From positions 1,233 through 65,232 of IMG/VR virus record IMGVR_UViG_2660238583_000003: a stretch of DNA of 64,000 nucleotides; one strand, given 5' to 3'. Origin of the DNA: a virus (Duplodnaviria; Caudoviricetes). Shown here piece after piece: positions 20,114 through 29,338 of the stretch. Within the stretch, counting starts at the first letter, position 1. The number at the start of each line of letters is the position of its first letter. The notes under the pieces are model-generated. The model was not told where the DNA came from. It made no database searches and saw only the letters and a program-made list of their open reading frames with translations. The translations under genes and the position numbers were made by a program.

Positions 20114-20735
20114 TCAGAACAGTCCGCCCAGCGATGACTGCTGCCATTTCATGATCACCAACTCGCCGGCCACCTCAGATTTAGTCTGGCGCTGGTTCGT
20201 GTTGCTGTAACGAATATCCAGGCACTCGAAGTGGAAGCCATCGAAGGCGCGCCGGATGTCTAGGTGGTCGTTGACGCTGACCATCACCTTGCCCTTGCAC
20301 CTGCGCATGAAATCGGCCATGCGCTCGCACTTCTCAAAGGGGAAGTCGACGCCATAGATAGCATTCTGCCATTACGGCGGATCCATGTAGAAGAAGGTGT
20401 GCGCTCGATCGTAGCGCTCGCCGCAGACGAGCCATGACAAGCTCTACATAGGTGCCAGCGAGGCGCTGCCGCGCGGCGGTTAGGTTTTCTTCGATGCTCA
20501 ACAGGTTGATGGCCGACTCAGTGGTCGCGTTACCGAACGCTTGCCCGGTGACCTTGCCACCGAAGGCGTGCTGCTGCAGGTATCAGAACCGGGAGGCGCG
20601 CTGGATGGCGGTCAGGGTCTCGGGGCGTGTCATCTTCTGCCACTCGGAGATCTGACGGGAGCTAAGCGCCTACTTGAACTGGCGCACTCCTCTAGGTGAT
20701 TCTGAACAACGCGGTGAAGAATGACCGGGTCACCG
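20114..20735 (-). pseudogene. Degraded D12/Dam-type DNA adenine methyltransferase
   Basis: Recognisable segments (NHLEE, FGGKVTGQ.FG, INLL.IEENL, FFYMDPP*W, GKVMVSVND) with in-frame stops and frameshifts. The Tyr of DPPY is TAA at 20372-20374 and the N-terminus is missing. Confidence 0.85.
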
Positions 20736-20862
20736 TGGGTGACCGAGAGGATTGCTTAAACAATCGTCCTACCCCAGCCGAACTCGGTGGCTATGAGCCG
20801 CTTCGGTGAAGCCAACCGCTCAGCGGAAACTCTGCTGAAATCCACCGAAAGCCAGACGCTAA

Positions 20863-20885
20863 AGGATGGGCTGGAGGATGGGCTG
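20863..20885. repeat. Tandem direct repeat AGGATGGGCTG x2 (candidate integrase arm sites)
   Basis: Copies at 20863-20873 and 20875-20885, near the tRNA-Ser-like fragment. Confidence 0.55.
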
Positions 20886-20939
20886 AAAAGCTGTAGGCGT
20901 AAAAAAACCCTGAAAAATCAGGGTCTTAATATGAATTAG

Positions 20940-20964
20940 TGGCGGAAGCGTAGGGATTCGCACC
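20940..20964 (-). mobile_element. Degenerate 3' end of a tRNA-Ser(TGA)-like gene; att-site remnant
   Basis: Minus strand GGTGCGAATCCCTACGCTTCCGCCA gives a T-arm remnant, acceptor 3' strand and CCA, resembling the Pseudomonas tRNA-Ser end as I recall it. A hairpin with T run follows at 20901-20927. Confidence 0.6.
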
Positions 20965-21064
20965 ATCTCATCCCCTTCTAAGCTAATCGCCTTCTGCATG
21001 AGTGGATGCAGTGCCAGCGATCGTCCGATTCAACATTCATGGACAGTGGGCAGCTGAAAATTCG

Positions 21065-21087
21065 GTGGGGCAAAAAGTGGGGCAAAA
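21065..21087. repeat. Tandem direct repeat GTGGGGCAAAA x2 (candidate integrase arm sites)
   Basis: Copies at 21065-21075 and 21077-21087. Confidence 0.6.
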
Positions 21088-21116
21088 TTGCTAACCACGA
21101 TAAAGCATACAGGCAT

Positions 21117-21153
21117 AAAAAAATCCAGTCACCGCTAAGTGACTGGATTTTTT
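21117..21153. terminator. Strong hairpin terminator downstream of the tRNA-Pro fragment
   Basis: AAAAAAATCCAGTCAC-CGCTAA-GTGACTGGATTTTTT inverted repeat. Confidence 0.8.
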
Positions 21154-21161
21154 GGAGTTTT

Positions 21162-21208
21162 TGGTCGGGACGGAGTGATTCGAACACTCGACCCCTTGCA
21201 CCCCATGC
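21162..21208 (-). mobile_element. 3' half of tRNA-Pro(GGG): prophage attachment site
   Basis: Minus strand GCATGGGGTGCAAGGGGTCGAGTGTTCGAATCACTCCGTCCCGACCA covers anticodon arm, T arm and CCA. The D arm and 5' half are absent. Confidence 0.9.
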
Positions 21209-21298
21209 GTGGCAGGCAGCCGTAGCTGCTTGAAAGCATTGGTTTTTCCGCCAGACGCTCGCTGCAACGATGTCTAACGATGAAGAACCGAACAGAAC

Positions 21299-21319
21299 AA
21301 AGTCACTTCAAAAGTCACT
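21299..21319. repeat. Tandem direct repeat AAAGTCACT x2 (candidate prophage integrase arm sites)
   Basis: Copies at 21299-21307 and 21311-21319, about 90 bp inside the att core. Confidence 0.5.
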
Positions 21320-21375
21320 GGCCCCGGCCAGCCCGCCCACGGCGTTCTGCCGACCGATTCCCTTCCTTTATATAG

Positions 21376-21894
21376 CTACTCACCGCCACGGCGGATTCCA
21401 TCGACGACGGCCTCGCACGCCAGCCCAGCTATTCGGCTTCGCTCAAGCGCTGCTGCGCAGCTGCCCGCCATTCGGTCAGCCTCTTCAAGCAATCCCCCGA
21501 GCACCACGACGGCAGAGTTTCCTGCCTGGCGCTGCTGGGTAGCGATGGTATCGCAGGTGGCTCCGTGGCCGGCCCGCAGTCGGGCGATTTCCCCGCGCAG
21601 CCCGCCAGCAGCAGACTCAGCATCAGCGGCGCGGCCTTGGGCCAGTTCCAGTTTCTTGCGTGCACTCTCACCCTCCTCGTCCGCCACGGTTTGGCGGCGC
21701 TGTTCTTCGGTTCTTGCCTGAGCGGCTGCGCGCCGGTCACGCTCGGCCACCTGCAGGCGGTAGTCGGCCAACTCGATGCGGGCAGCGCCGGTTTCGCCCT
21801 GCGCCACCACCACCCGGTACTGCTGGCCGCCGGTGACCAGCACCAGGGCGATCAGCCACCAGCACCAAACCGGTACCGCGCTGAGCCAGTTCAC
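21376..21894 (-). CDS. Rz: Rz-like i-spanin (DUF2514 family)
   Basis: N-terminal TM, Ala/Arg/Glu coiled coil, RSRIAGLACE; downstream of the endolysin. Confidence 0.85.
   Translation of the reverse strand: MNWLSAVPVWCWWLIALVLVTGGQQYRVVVAQGETGAARIELADYRLQVAERDRRAAAQARTEEQRRQTVADEEGESARKKLELAQGRAADAESAAGGLRGEIARLRAGHGATCDTIATQQRQAGNSAVVVLGGLLEEADRMAGSCAAALERSRIAGLACEAVVDGIRRGGE
21429..21665 (-). CDS. Rz1: Rz1-like o-spanin lipoprotein embedded out of frame in Rz
   Basis: GGAGG RBS and GTG start, lipobox LLLAGC, Pro-rich PPAIPSLP segment; entirely within Rz. Confidence 0.8.
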   Translation of the reverse strand: MHARNWNWPKAAPLMLSLLLAGCAGKSPDCGPATEPPAIPSLPSSARQETLPSWCSGDCLKRLTEWRAAAQQRLSEAE

Positions 21895-22325
21895 GCCAGC
21901 GCCCGCCGAATGCCTTCGTCGATCACCTCTGCCTTGTACGGGTTGCCGCCGTTCTCATGGATGATGATGCTGACCACCATGCCCCGCAGCGTGGCCGGGT
22001 CCTCGATGTTGATCGGGTCAGTGGTACGCACGCCCAGGCGCTTGGCCACGGCGCCGGCGTAGGCCTGGGTGTCGTTCTCATTGCTCGGCGCCCAACGGTT
22101 GATGGTTTCGAGCACGGTATCGATGCCCTTCCCGCCTACCCCCGGCATGCCGTCTTTACCGCGGTAGTTGATCAGCAGCTTGCCGAGGGCACGAATGCCG
22201 TTCTCGGGGTGGTCGAAGCGGGAGAAGCGGCCGCCTGGCTCCTTGCCCAGCTGGCCCTGCCAGTTGTTGCGGGGGTTGAAATCGATGTTCCCCGGGTTGT
22301 TATTACGGATACCGCGTGCAGTCAT
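21891..22325 (-). CDS. Putative endolysin (RGIRNNNPGNI family)
   Basis: RGIRNNNPGNI, RWAPSNENDT.AY, IIIHENG motifs; overlaps the Rz start. Confidence 0.75.
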   Translation of the reverse strand: MTARGIRNNNPGNIDFNPRNNWQGQLGKEPGGRFSRFDHPENGIRALGKLLINYRGKDGMPGVGGKGIDTVLETINRWAPSNENDTQAYAGAVAKRLGVRTTDPINIEDPATLRGMVVSIIIHENGGNPYKAEVIDEGIRRALA

Positions 22326-22385
22326 GGGTTTTTCTCCAGGCGAAAAGAAGCCCGCACTTGGCGGGCTACACGATCAGCAGGCAGA

Positions 22386-23156
22386 TCAGGCCGCAGCCGC
22401 TTCCATCAGCATTTTTTCGAGCGCGATGAGGTTGTCGCCCGATAGCGCAGACTCGAAGGCGACGAATGCATTGGAAGACATGGCCCGCGATACAACAGAG
22501 GTGGATGCGCCGGCTACTCGGATAGCCCCCATGTTCACCTCGGGCATAAGACCTAGGGTTTTCACGGTATCGCTGGTAAGCGACCACATCTCAGCGCCGT
22601 TGTAGCGGATGCTGATCTTCCCGGCAGTGCGATCGTAGATGAGCACGAGCGCGGTCAACTTGGAGGCGCTGAGCTTCTGCGGCCAGGCGGCCGAAGTAAC
22701 CTCGGAAACGGTGATCGGACCGATGTTGACGGTGATCGCTCCAGAACCACCCGCGTTTGAGTAGATAACCCATGGGGCCGGGTTATCAGTGGTCAGACCC
22801 TGCGTGATGCTCCCCAGCCCAATGTGCAGGTCGCACACCAAGCCAATGGTGAACGATCCGGCTGTGTTGAACGAAGCCATGGTCAGCGCCTGAGCCAGCG
22901 CATTGACCTTATAGCCCTTCTTGCCATTGATCATCGTCACGAAGTTGGCACTGGGCACCGATGCGCCGTAGCTCGGGATCACCGCATCAGTGATACGGTC
23001 TAGGATCACACCGGTGGATACATCCCAGTCGAACAGGCCCGGCCAGTGCCGGCGCCCTTCAATGTTGGCCACATCGATTTCGGCCTGGGTTACGTCCAGT
23101 TTGGGGAACCCGGCAACGGAGGCGGAGCCAGGGAAAGTCAGAATAGAGCGGGCCAT
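22386..23156 (-). CDS. Tail-associated protein, possible lectin-like beta-sandwich
   Basis: Beta-rich sequence directly downstream of the tail spike; start inferred at MARSIL. Confidence 0.5.
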   Translation of the reverse strand: MARSILTFPGSASVAGFPKLDVTQAEIDVANIEGRRHWPGLFDWDVSTGVILDRITDAVIPSYGASVPSANFVTMINGKKGYKVNALAQALTMASFNTAGSFTIGLVCDLHIGLGSITQGLTTDNPAPWVIYSNAGGSGAITVNIGPITVSEVTSAAWPQKLSASKLTALVLIYDRTAGKISIRYNGAEMWSLTSDTVKTLGLMPEVNMGAIRVAGASTSVVSRAMSSNAFVAFESALSGDNLIALEKMLMEAAAA

Positions 23157-23158
23157 CG

Positions 23159-25363
23159 TTAGAGCTCCAAGGCAAGGGAGAAGGCGCAAAGCCAGTTGAA
23201 TAGCGGTTTGTTGTCGTAGCGCGAGTAATCGCGCAGGTCGGTGTCTCGGATGCAGCCGCGTCGGCCCGACCCGTTTTGTGGAGCGCTCAGGGATGGCTGC
23301 AGGGCATAGCTCAATACGGTGCCAGCTGCGACGGTGGCAGCGGTGCCGATCACCAAGGTGGCGCCATCCTCACCTACCGAAATGGATGTGATGGTCCCGG
23401 CGGATAGCTGGAAGCCGGCGTTACCGGGATCCTTGACCGTCTCGGTGTCGATCACCAGGCCACCAATCGGCCCCGGAGTTCCAGCATTACCATTGGGCAG
23501 GTTGTTCATCTTCAGGGTGATCGTGGAGCCCGACACCGAAGCCGAGAGGACCTTCAGTGGCTGCCATTTGCCGCTGACTTGAGTCAGTCGCTCCGCACGG
23601 GCTTCCAGCTCGCCCATCTTGGCGTAGCCATCGGCAAGCATGTGGTAAGTATCGAAGTAGCCATAGGCGTACTTCGGGCCGACCATGACAATGTTCGGGT
23701 TCTCGTTATGGGCCTGCAGCTGAGCCAGCGGGATCGCCGGGATAGTGCCGGTTTCGCCGGTCAGCATCTGCGAAATGAATGCGACCGGTGGAACAGCCTG
23801 ACCAGTGATCGCAACGATGTCCGTACGGTAGTCGCTGATCCACTCGGCCAGCATCGCCACGTACTCGGCCTGGGTAGTGCTGATCTGGCTCTCGCCGTGC
23901 ACAATCGACAGGCTAGGTACCTGGTAATCCCAGCCATTGGCGTCCGCGATAGCCTTAGCTGCGGTGACGTGGGCAATTGCGTTGGTGTAGGTCGTTGTCC
24001 CCTTTTTCAGGCCTGCATACGCGGTACCTCCAACGGCCGAGATACTGTAGAGCATCCGGGGATCGATGGACGATGTACGCTCATGCCAGCGCCGGTAGGC
24101 CAGCATGTAGGAAGACGCTGGGGTCTCTGCAAGAACGCCTGATGCATATTCGCGGATCGGTTCAAGCACAGTCGCGCCGACCCACGACGTGGGCCGCGGC
24201 CCGCCTGGCAGGGTGAACAGTTTGTCGGCATACCCGGCCAAGGTGTACGGCGTGAACAGTCGACCAGTCTTTCCATCGATAACGATAGGGCCGTTCGGAT
24301 CAAGGATGATCGCACGCGAGCCAAGTGCCAGAGACTGCCCGGTGACCAGCTTGTGCAGTAGTACATTCCCGTCGCGGAAGATGCGCCCATCCTGGGTGAT
24401 GGAGTGAGGCTGCGGTGCGCTGCCGGTGGACTTGAGCGCCTTCACCATGTCGAAAGCCACGGCCTGAGCAGCAAGCCAGGTGCCCACGGCGGTTAACTGC
24501 CTGGAGCCGGCCGGACCGTACTCCCACACCTGCCCATCAACCAGGCCAGCTATGTTTTTGGCAGCCAGCTTCTGGTTCTGTTCCTCGATCACCTTGGCGT
24601 CATAACTGGAGCTTGGCGTGATCACGGAGGACTGCGCGCCGGACTGCAACATAACCGACGAACCGGACATCACCAGGGTGTCGGCGGTGAAGTTCTTGCT
24701 GCGAGGGCGCTGCAAGGGAACCATGGGTAGAATCGGGGTGCTTCCGAGCATTACGTTTGCGCCTCGTCGATCTTGAGGGCCTCGTGGGGCTTTCTGGTCG
24801 ATACCAAACAGGACCTGGGCGCCGTTGGCACCAAAGATCAGAGGCGCATTACCGGTTCTTTTCCCGCGCGGTCTAACCTGCACGCTGACCTGCTTCCGGA
24901 GCGCCTCGACAGTGGCGCTCATGGCCGGCTGATCCGCTAGCCGCATCCAACTGTGGGTTCCGGCATCCCACTGATACCAACCGTTCTTAGTAGTGTCAGG
25001 GTCGCTGCCAACAATGCCGACAATGCCGTCGTACTTCGGAATGACAGCCTGAAGCTCGGCCAGAGTGTCCTTGTGCAAAGTGTTGAAATCGTCGCCAAGG
25101 TTGGCTGCGGTTTCCTGCATCTCCTCTATGGCTGCATCCGCCGTCGAGTTAACGGCCTCCTTGGCAGCCTCGACAGTGGGGTCTATCTGGGCCTTAGCGT
25201 CGATAACAATATTGTGAAATGCCTGAACCGTGTATCGATCTCGCTCGAAACGATCTTTGGCAGTTTCCTCCAAGCTGTTCATGAGCTCGTCGAGGATGAG
25301 TGCGTTATCGTTCAGGTCCCGCGGGTCATTGCTAGGTGCCGGGTTGTTTGTGTTGTAGCGCAT
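23159..25363 (-). CDS. Tail spike/fibre with SGNH (sialate O-acetylesterase-like) domain
   Basis: Phage anchoring N-terminus (YNTNNP.PS.DPRDL.DN); SGNH blocks GQSL, GGT, HGES, DTYH. Confidence 0.75.
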   Translation of the reverse strand: MRYNTNNPAPSNDPRDLNDNALILDELMNSLEETAKDRFERDRYTVQAFHNIVIDAKAQIDPTVEAAKEAVNSTADAAIEEMQETAANLGDDFNTLHKDTLAELQAVIPKYDGIVGIVGSDPDTTKNGWYQWDAGTHSWMRLADQPAMSATVEALRKQVSVQVRPRGKRTGNAPLIFGANGAQVLFGIDQKAPRGPQDRRGANVMLGSTPILPMVPLQRPRSKNFTADTLVMSGSSVMLQSGAQSSVITPSSSYDAKVIEEQNQKLAAKNIAGLVDGQVWEYGPAGSRQLTAVGTWLAAQAVAFDMVKALKSTGSAPQPHSITQDGRIFRDGNVLLHKLVTGQSLALGSRAIILDPNGPIVIDGKTGRLFTPYTLAGYADKLFTLPGGPRPTSWVGATVLEPIREYASGVLAETPASSYMLAYRRWHERTSSIDPRMLYSISAVGGTAYAGLKKGTTTYTNAIAHVTAAKAIADANGWDYQVPSLSIVHGESQISTTQAEYVAMLAEWISDYRTDIVAITGQAVPPVAFISQMLTGETGTIPAIPLAQLQAHNENPNIVMVGPKYAYGYFDTYHMLADGYAKMGELEARAERLTQVSGKWQPLKVLSASVSGSTITLKMNNLPNGNAGTPGPIGGLVIDTETVKDPGNAGFQLSAGTITSISVGEDGATLVIGTAATVAAGTVLSYALQPSLSAPQNGSGRRGCIRDTDLRDYSRYDNKPLFNWLCAFSLALEL

Positions 25364-25419
25364 GGGATCTCCGGGCAAAAAAAGGCCCGCACTGGGCGGG
25401 CTTGCTCGACAGGGTCCGG

Positions 25420-28400
25420 TCAGACCGGCGGGAGTTGATCGTCATAGGTATAAACGCGGGCGTCGTAGGGCATGCCCTTCATCGCGACGTTGCCGTCTTT
25501 CCCTGGATCTGAGCTGGTGATCAACGTCGGGTAAGCCCAGCGAGCGGTGGGTCCGAACAGGATATGTGGCGGCTCAAGCGGGCCATCCACCACTGGCGTG
25601 AAATCTAGGGCGTCCACCCGCAACGTGTACTGGTCCACCTGTGTGGCGGTCCAGGGACCAGATAGCGTGCCGTCTAGCTTGCGCACGCCGACGCGGTGCT
25701 CACCTCCGGCGCTAAAGTCCATTGGCTCCGAACTGTGCAGAAGAGTGCCCGACCCGGTTACAGTGAAGTCCAGCAGGATCGCACTCTGGCAACGCTTAGG
25801 TGCATCGTCTGCAACGGCTGCGAAGCTCAGGTAGCCGCTGTTGCTGCCGTCCATCTCGGTTTCCCAGGTGTAGATGTCGGTCCGGAACTTCTGGTGGCCA
25901 CGCCGGCGCATGCCGACCCTCCAGGCCCTGGTCCTGTCGCTGACGCCCGGCATCTTGATCTTCTCGACCTTGGTACCCAAGTCACCGGGCCAACGGCACT
26001 CGACCGTCTCCCACGCCCAGGTGGTGCGAGAGAAGAACTCCACATCCACCCCGTCGAAGTCGTTGATCGACGGCATGGCGCCGCTGATCTTCAGCATCTT
26101 GGTCATGTTCTGTGGTGAGTAGGTCTGCGTCTTTGGGCCGTAGCTCACATCGAACGCAGCGCGGGCACTGTCACGAACCGGGCGCAGCAGGCCCCGGAAA
26201 GTCACAAGTTCCGCGAAGCCGCAGGCCAGAGCGTTGTTCATCATGTCCTTGACAGTGATCGTCGAATCCAACGTCTCATCGTAGGTGTCGCCCCTGGCCA
26301 CGCATAGATTATGGAATGCATGCCACTCCGGAAGATCGAGGTCGTCATTGGTATAGCCTCGCTGCTTCAGCTGGTGGATGCACCATGGGGCGATATCCCG
26401 TGTCGGGCCCTTGCTTGCGTCCATCAATGGGATAATGCAGGTGGCCTCCACATTGACCTGGCTTTCAGACTGGGCTGATAACCTATCCCCTCCCCTGATG
26501 TTGCAAGTCATCACAGTCAGGCCGGGATAGCGTGTTGGAGAGTTCAGCATGCGCCCACGCAGGTCTGTCCAAGTAGCGTCATCCCGGGCTTCATCGTTGA
26601 TTCTGCCAGGACGATCTTTGTACAGCTTCCGCACGCGAGCCTCGGGCCTCATGGCATAGGGAAGAAAAATCCGCTCGGTGAAGCCTTGGGCATCGAGCGA
26701 TCCGCCAAATTTCTCAAGCTCAATAACCGTCCAGTCCCCTGCAACATCCATGTCGCGGTACTCGAACACGTAGTAGGTCGGGATCTCGTAAATCTGCCCT
26801 TCCCGGCCGATACCCGCCAGGCCATTGGCGTAGGTGACCGTCCATTCCAGCTCGGTCACCTTCTCGTTTTCAGGGCAGCAGGCGAACGGGCCGCGGTACC
26901 CGCCCTGCAGGTTCGAGGCGTCCAGCGTGATCAGGCCATTGACCGTCTGCATGTTGTTGAAGCCAGGCCAGCCTGCATCGGTCGAGCCCGACGAGGTAAG
27001 CCGGTCCACCTCGATGAGGCTGGTGCTGAAGGATGTGATCCGATACCGGAGCCCGCGCGGGCCGATGGTAGCCAGGCCCTGACCCAGCGCAAGCCCAACC
27101 ACAGGCGCGCCGCCGTCGTAGTCCAACGTCATTTCAGCTGGCTGCTCAGGGATTGCGCTGGTCGTGGCCGCCCCTGTCGATCCCGCGGGAGAAGATCCCA
27201 GGATGGTGGATGCACCGGTCGCAGTGATGGCTTGGCCAGCAAACGGGGTCAGCTCGACGAAGCGCAGGCGCCCGCTGCTTTGCTGTGCCTGGAATGGCTT
27301 GCCGCTGAGCTGGGTGTTCAGTTCAGAAACCAGGCCGGTGAGGTCGGTGGTCGCCGTATTGAGCGTAATCGAGTACGAAGAACCGCCACGAACCAGGCTG
27401 AAAGTCAGTGGCGTTACGTTGAAGTCATACCGAGTTGGCGCGACCGATCCGGTCAGCGTGGACGCGGTACCAGGGTTTGCCGGAACGCCCGGGCTGTATG
27501 GCGTGTAGCTGTTCACCACATACAGGCCCGCATTCGCCCCGGCCACCTCGATGAGCATGCCCGCCGTTGGGTTCAGCATTTCCAGCGGGCCACGGATGAT
27601 GTCGCGCCCGGCGCCGCCGTCGATCACCGTGTAGGTGTATGGCGAAAGCACGCGGATGATGATCCCGTTCGACCAGTCGGCCGGGAACTGGCCTGAGCCG
27701 GCCGGCACGCTGATGGTGTCGCCAACGAACTGGTAGGCGGAGGCCGTGGCCGAACGGGTTAGCTCGGTAGCCATCGTCAGCTCCAGGCCGGCCGAACCGC
27801 TCGAGCTTGCCCCCACCTCTGGCACATTGAACCAGTTGATGTGGGCCGGATCTGCCGAAAGGTCAGCGCCTGGCGGGTAGATCGTGAACGAAGCGTCGGC
27901 GCCCAAGGAAATCAACGGGGTTTCGCCCACCTTCACCTTGGTCAATGGAACTTCGTATTCGCCCTCACCGATGTACAGCAGCATTTCAACGCGCTGGTCA
28001 CGCGGCGCTACTTGATATCGGCGCGGCTGGGTCAGATACGACGGGTAGACCCGCTGATGGCCGGCGATCTGGCGCACCGGCTCGCCAAGCTTGACCTTGT
28101 TGCCCTTGGCGCTGGCCTCTGTCAGCGGGTCGCCCTGCTGCGTGCCTGCGCTGGACGGCATGCCGGGCATCTTGGGCATGATCGACTTCAGCACCGCCTT
28201 GGCGCCCTTGAATAGCGCGAAGGTGATAGAGAATGGGTCGGTACCCTTTGGCTCCCGGTAGATCTGAAGCAGGTCGGAAGGCTTGAACTTCACCTTGTGC
28301 CACAGGTGCTGCTCGATCACCTCGTCATTGAGCACTACGCTTATAGGCGGGCTTTCCCGGCGTTCGTACGACGGAGCGAGCGACTTCAGCCACTCCTCGA

Positions 28401-28476
28401 TCGACATGCGGCGGTCGGTCTTCCAGGTGCCCAGCGGCGCCGTGTTGCTCAGCTTGTTCGGGTAAAATTCGATCAT
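25420..28476 (-). CDS. Tail tip / host-specificity protein (J-like)
   Basis: About 1018 aa after the K-like gene, ending YDARVYTYDD; start inferred at MIEFYPNK. Confidence 0.8.
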   Translation of the reverse strand: MIEFYPNKLSNTAPLGTWKTDRRMSIEEWLKSLAPSYERRESPPISVVLNDEVIEQHLWHKVKFKPSDLLQIYREPKGTDPFSITFALFKGAKAVLKSIMPKMPGMPSSAGTQQGDPLTEASAKGNKVKLGEPVRQIAGHQRVYPSYLTQPRRYQVAPRDQRVEMLLYIGEGEYEVPLTKVKVGETPLISLGADASFTIYPPGADLSADPAHINWFNVPEVGASSSGSAGLELTMATELTRSATASAYQFVGDTISVPAGSGQFPADWSNGIIIRVLSPYTYTVIDGGAGRDIIRGPLEMLNPTAGMLIEVAGANAGLYVVNSYTPYSPGVPANPGTASTLTGSVAPTRYDFNVTPLTFSLVRGGSSYSITLNTATTDLTGLVSELNTQLSGKPFQAQQSSGRLRFVELTPFAGQAITATGASTILGSSPAGSTGAATTSAIPEQPAEMTLDYDGGAPVVGLALGQGLATIGPRGLRYRITSFSTSLIEVDRLTSSGSTDAGWPGFNNMQTVNGLITLDASNLQGGYRGPFACCPENEKVTELEWTVTYANGLAGIGREGQIYEIPTYYVFEYRDMDVAGDWTVIELEKFGGSLDAQGFTERIFLPYAMRPEARVRKLYKDRPGRINDEARDDATWTDLRGRMLNSPTRYPGLTVMTCNIRGGDRLSAQSESQVNVEATCIIPLMDASKGPTRDIAPWCIHQLKQRGYTNDDLDLPEWHAFHNLCVARGDTYDETLDSTITVKDMMNNALACGFAELVTFRGLLRPVRDSARAAFDVSYGPKTQTYSPQNMTKMLKISGAMPSINDFDGVDVEFFSRTTWAWETVECRWPGDLGTKVEKIKMPGVSDRTRAWRVGMRRRGHQKFRTDIYTWETEMDGSNSGYLSFAAVADDAPKRCQSAILLDFTVTGSGTLLHSSEPMDFSAGGEHRVGVRKLDGTLSGPWTATQVDQYTLRVDALDFTPVVDGPLEPPHILFGPTARWAYPTLITSSDPGKDGNVAMKGMPYDARVYTYDDQLPPV

Positions 28477-28850
28477 CGGTAATACACCACCCTTGGGTGA
28501 GCGGCTTCGAACTCGCCAGTCGTCCGGAGGCAGGCGCCGCCGGGGTTTGTGTCCAGCACCTTCAGGCGCCCTTCGCTTTCCACCACCACGCCCACATGCA
28601 GGCACAGCGCTCCGCGGAACACGGCTGCAATGGCGCCAGGCTCCGGAGAGCACTCCTCCATACCCTGGCGCAGGTCGTGATAGGCGACGGTGTTGGCCCT
28701 GAGCTTGTTCTTGCCCACGGCGCCCAAGCTGGGCAGGAGCGGCAGGCCGAAGACCTGGTGGCGCACAGCGATGCACAGCCCCCAGCAATCGAAGGCAATA
28801 GGCCCCCGTGCACCCTCGCGATACGGGGCGCGCATGAATTTCTCGATCAT
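28473..28850 (-). CDS. NlpC/P60-type tail assembly protein (K-like)
   Basis: GARGP.AFDCWGL and HVGVV motifs. Confidence 0.8.
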   Translation of the reverse strand: MIEKFMRAPYREGARGPIAFDCWGLCIAVRHQVFGLPLLPSLGAVGKNKLRANTVAYHDLRQGMEECSPEPGAIAAVFRGALCLHVGVVVESEGRLKVLDTNPGGACLRTTGEFEAAHPRVVYYR

Positions 28851-28852
28851 GA

Positions 28853-29338
28853 TCAGATGTACTTCAGGCCAGGTGCCAAGGTGGTGGTCAGGACGGTGCG
28901 CAGACCGTTGGTGTTGAGCAAGTCGAAGAAGCCGGCGGTGAGCTGGGCGATATCGGTGTCGGTGTCGTACTCACGGCTGAGTAGCGTCATCCGGTACCGC
29001 TCCTGTGGGAACGAAAGGTCTTCAGCCAAATACCTGCGAATAGTGATGATGAATCGCTTTCCGCCCTCTTTGCTGGCCTCGATTACCTCTTGCACCTCGC
29101 CGGTCACGTTATCCAGGCCCATGACGATGTTCTGGAATCCGCTGTTGTCGTTCTTCGGCAGGGCATAGTCCATGGCCATAGCCGTGAATGTCAGCGTCCT
29201 CCCATCTTCCGTCGTGCAGGTGCGATCTTCGTACCCAGCGCAGTAAAGATGGGAGACATCGCTCCCAAGCTCCCTGCCCTCGACGGTATCCACCAGTTCG
29301 CCCCGACCCGAGGCATAACACTCCTCAATCATGCTCAT
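28853..29338 (-). CDS. Minor tail protein (DUF1833/L-like)
   Basis: Position in the tail operon; ECYAS and T.APGLKY motifs. Confidence 0.7.
   Translation of the reverse strand: MSMIEECYASGRGELVDTVEGRELGSDVSHLYCAGYEDRTCTTEDGRTLTFTAMAMDYALPKNDNSGFQNIVMGLDNVTGEVQEVIEASKEGGKRFIITIRRYLAEDLSFPQERYRMTLLSREYDTDTDIAQLTAGFFDLLNTNGLRTVLTTTLAPGLKYI

Noticed and set aside
21162-21208. Intact tRNA-Pro gene
   Set aside because: The 5' acceptor strand and D arm are missing, so it is treated as an att fragment.
22386-28476. Diversity-generating retroelement or invertible tail cassette
   Set aside because: I saw no reverse transcriptase, invertase or duplicated variable-region repeat.
28477-28788. N-terminal extension of the J-like ORF given in the track
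   Set aside because: It overlaps the NlpC/P60 gene; the real start is more plausibly 28476.
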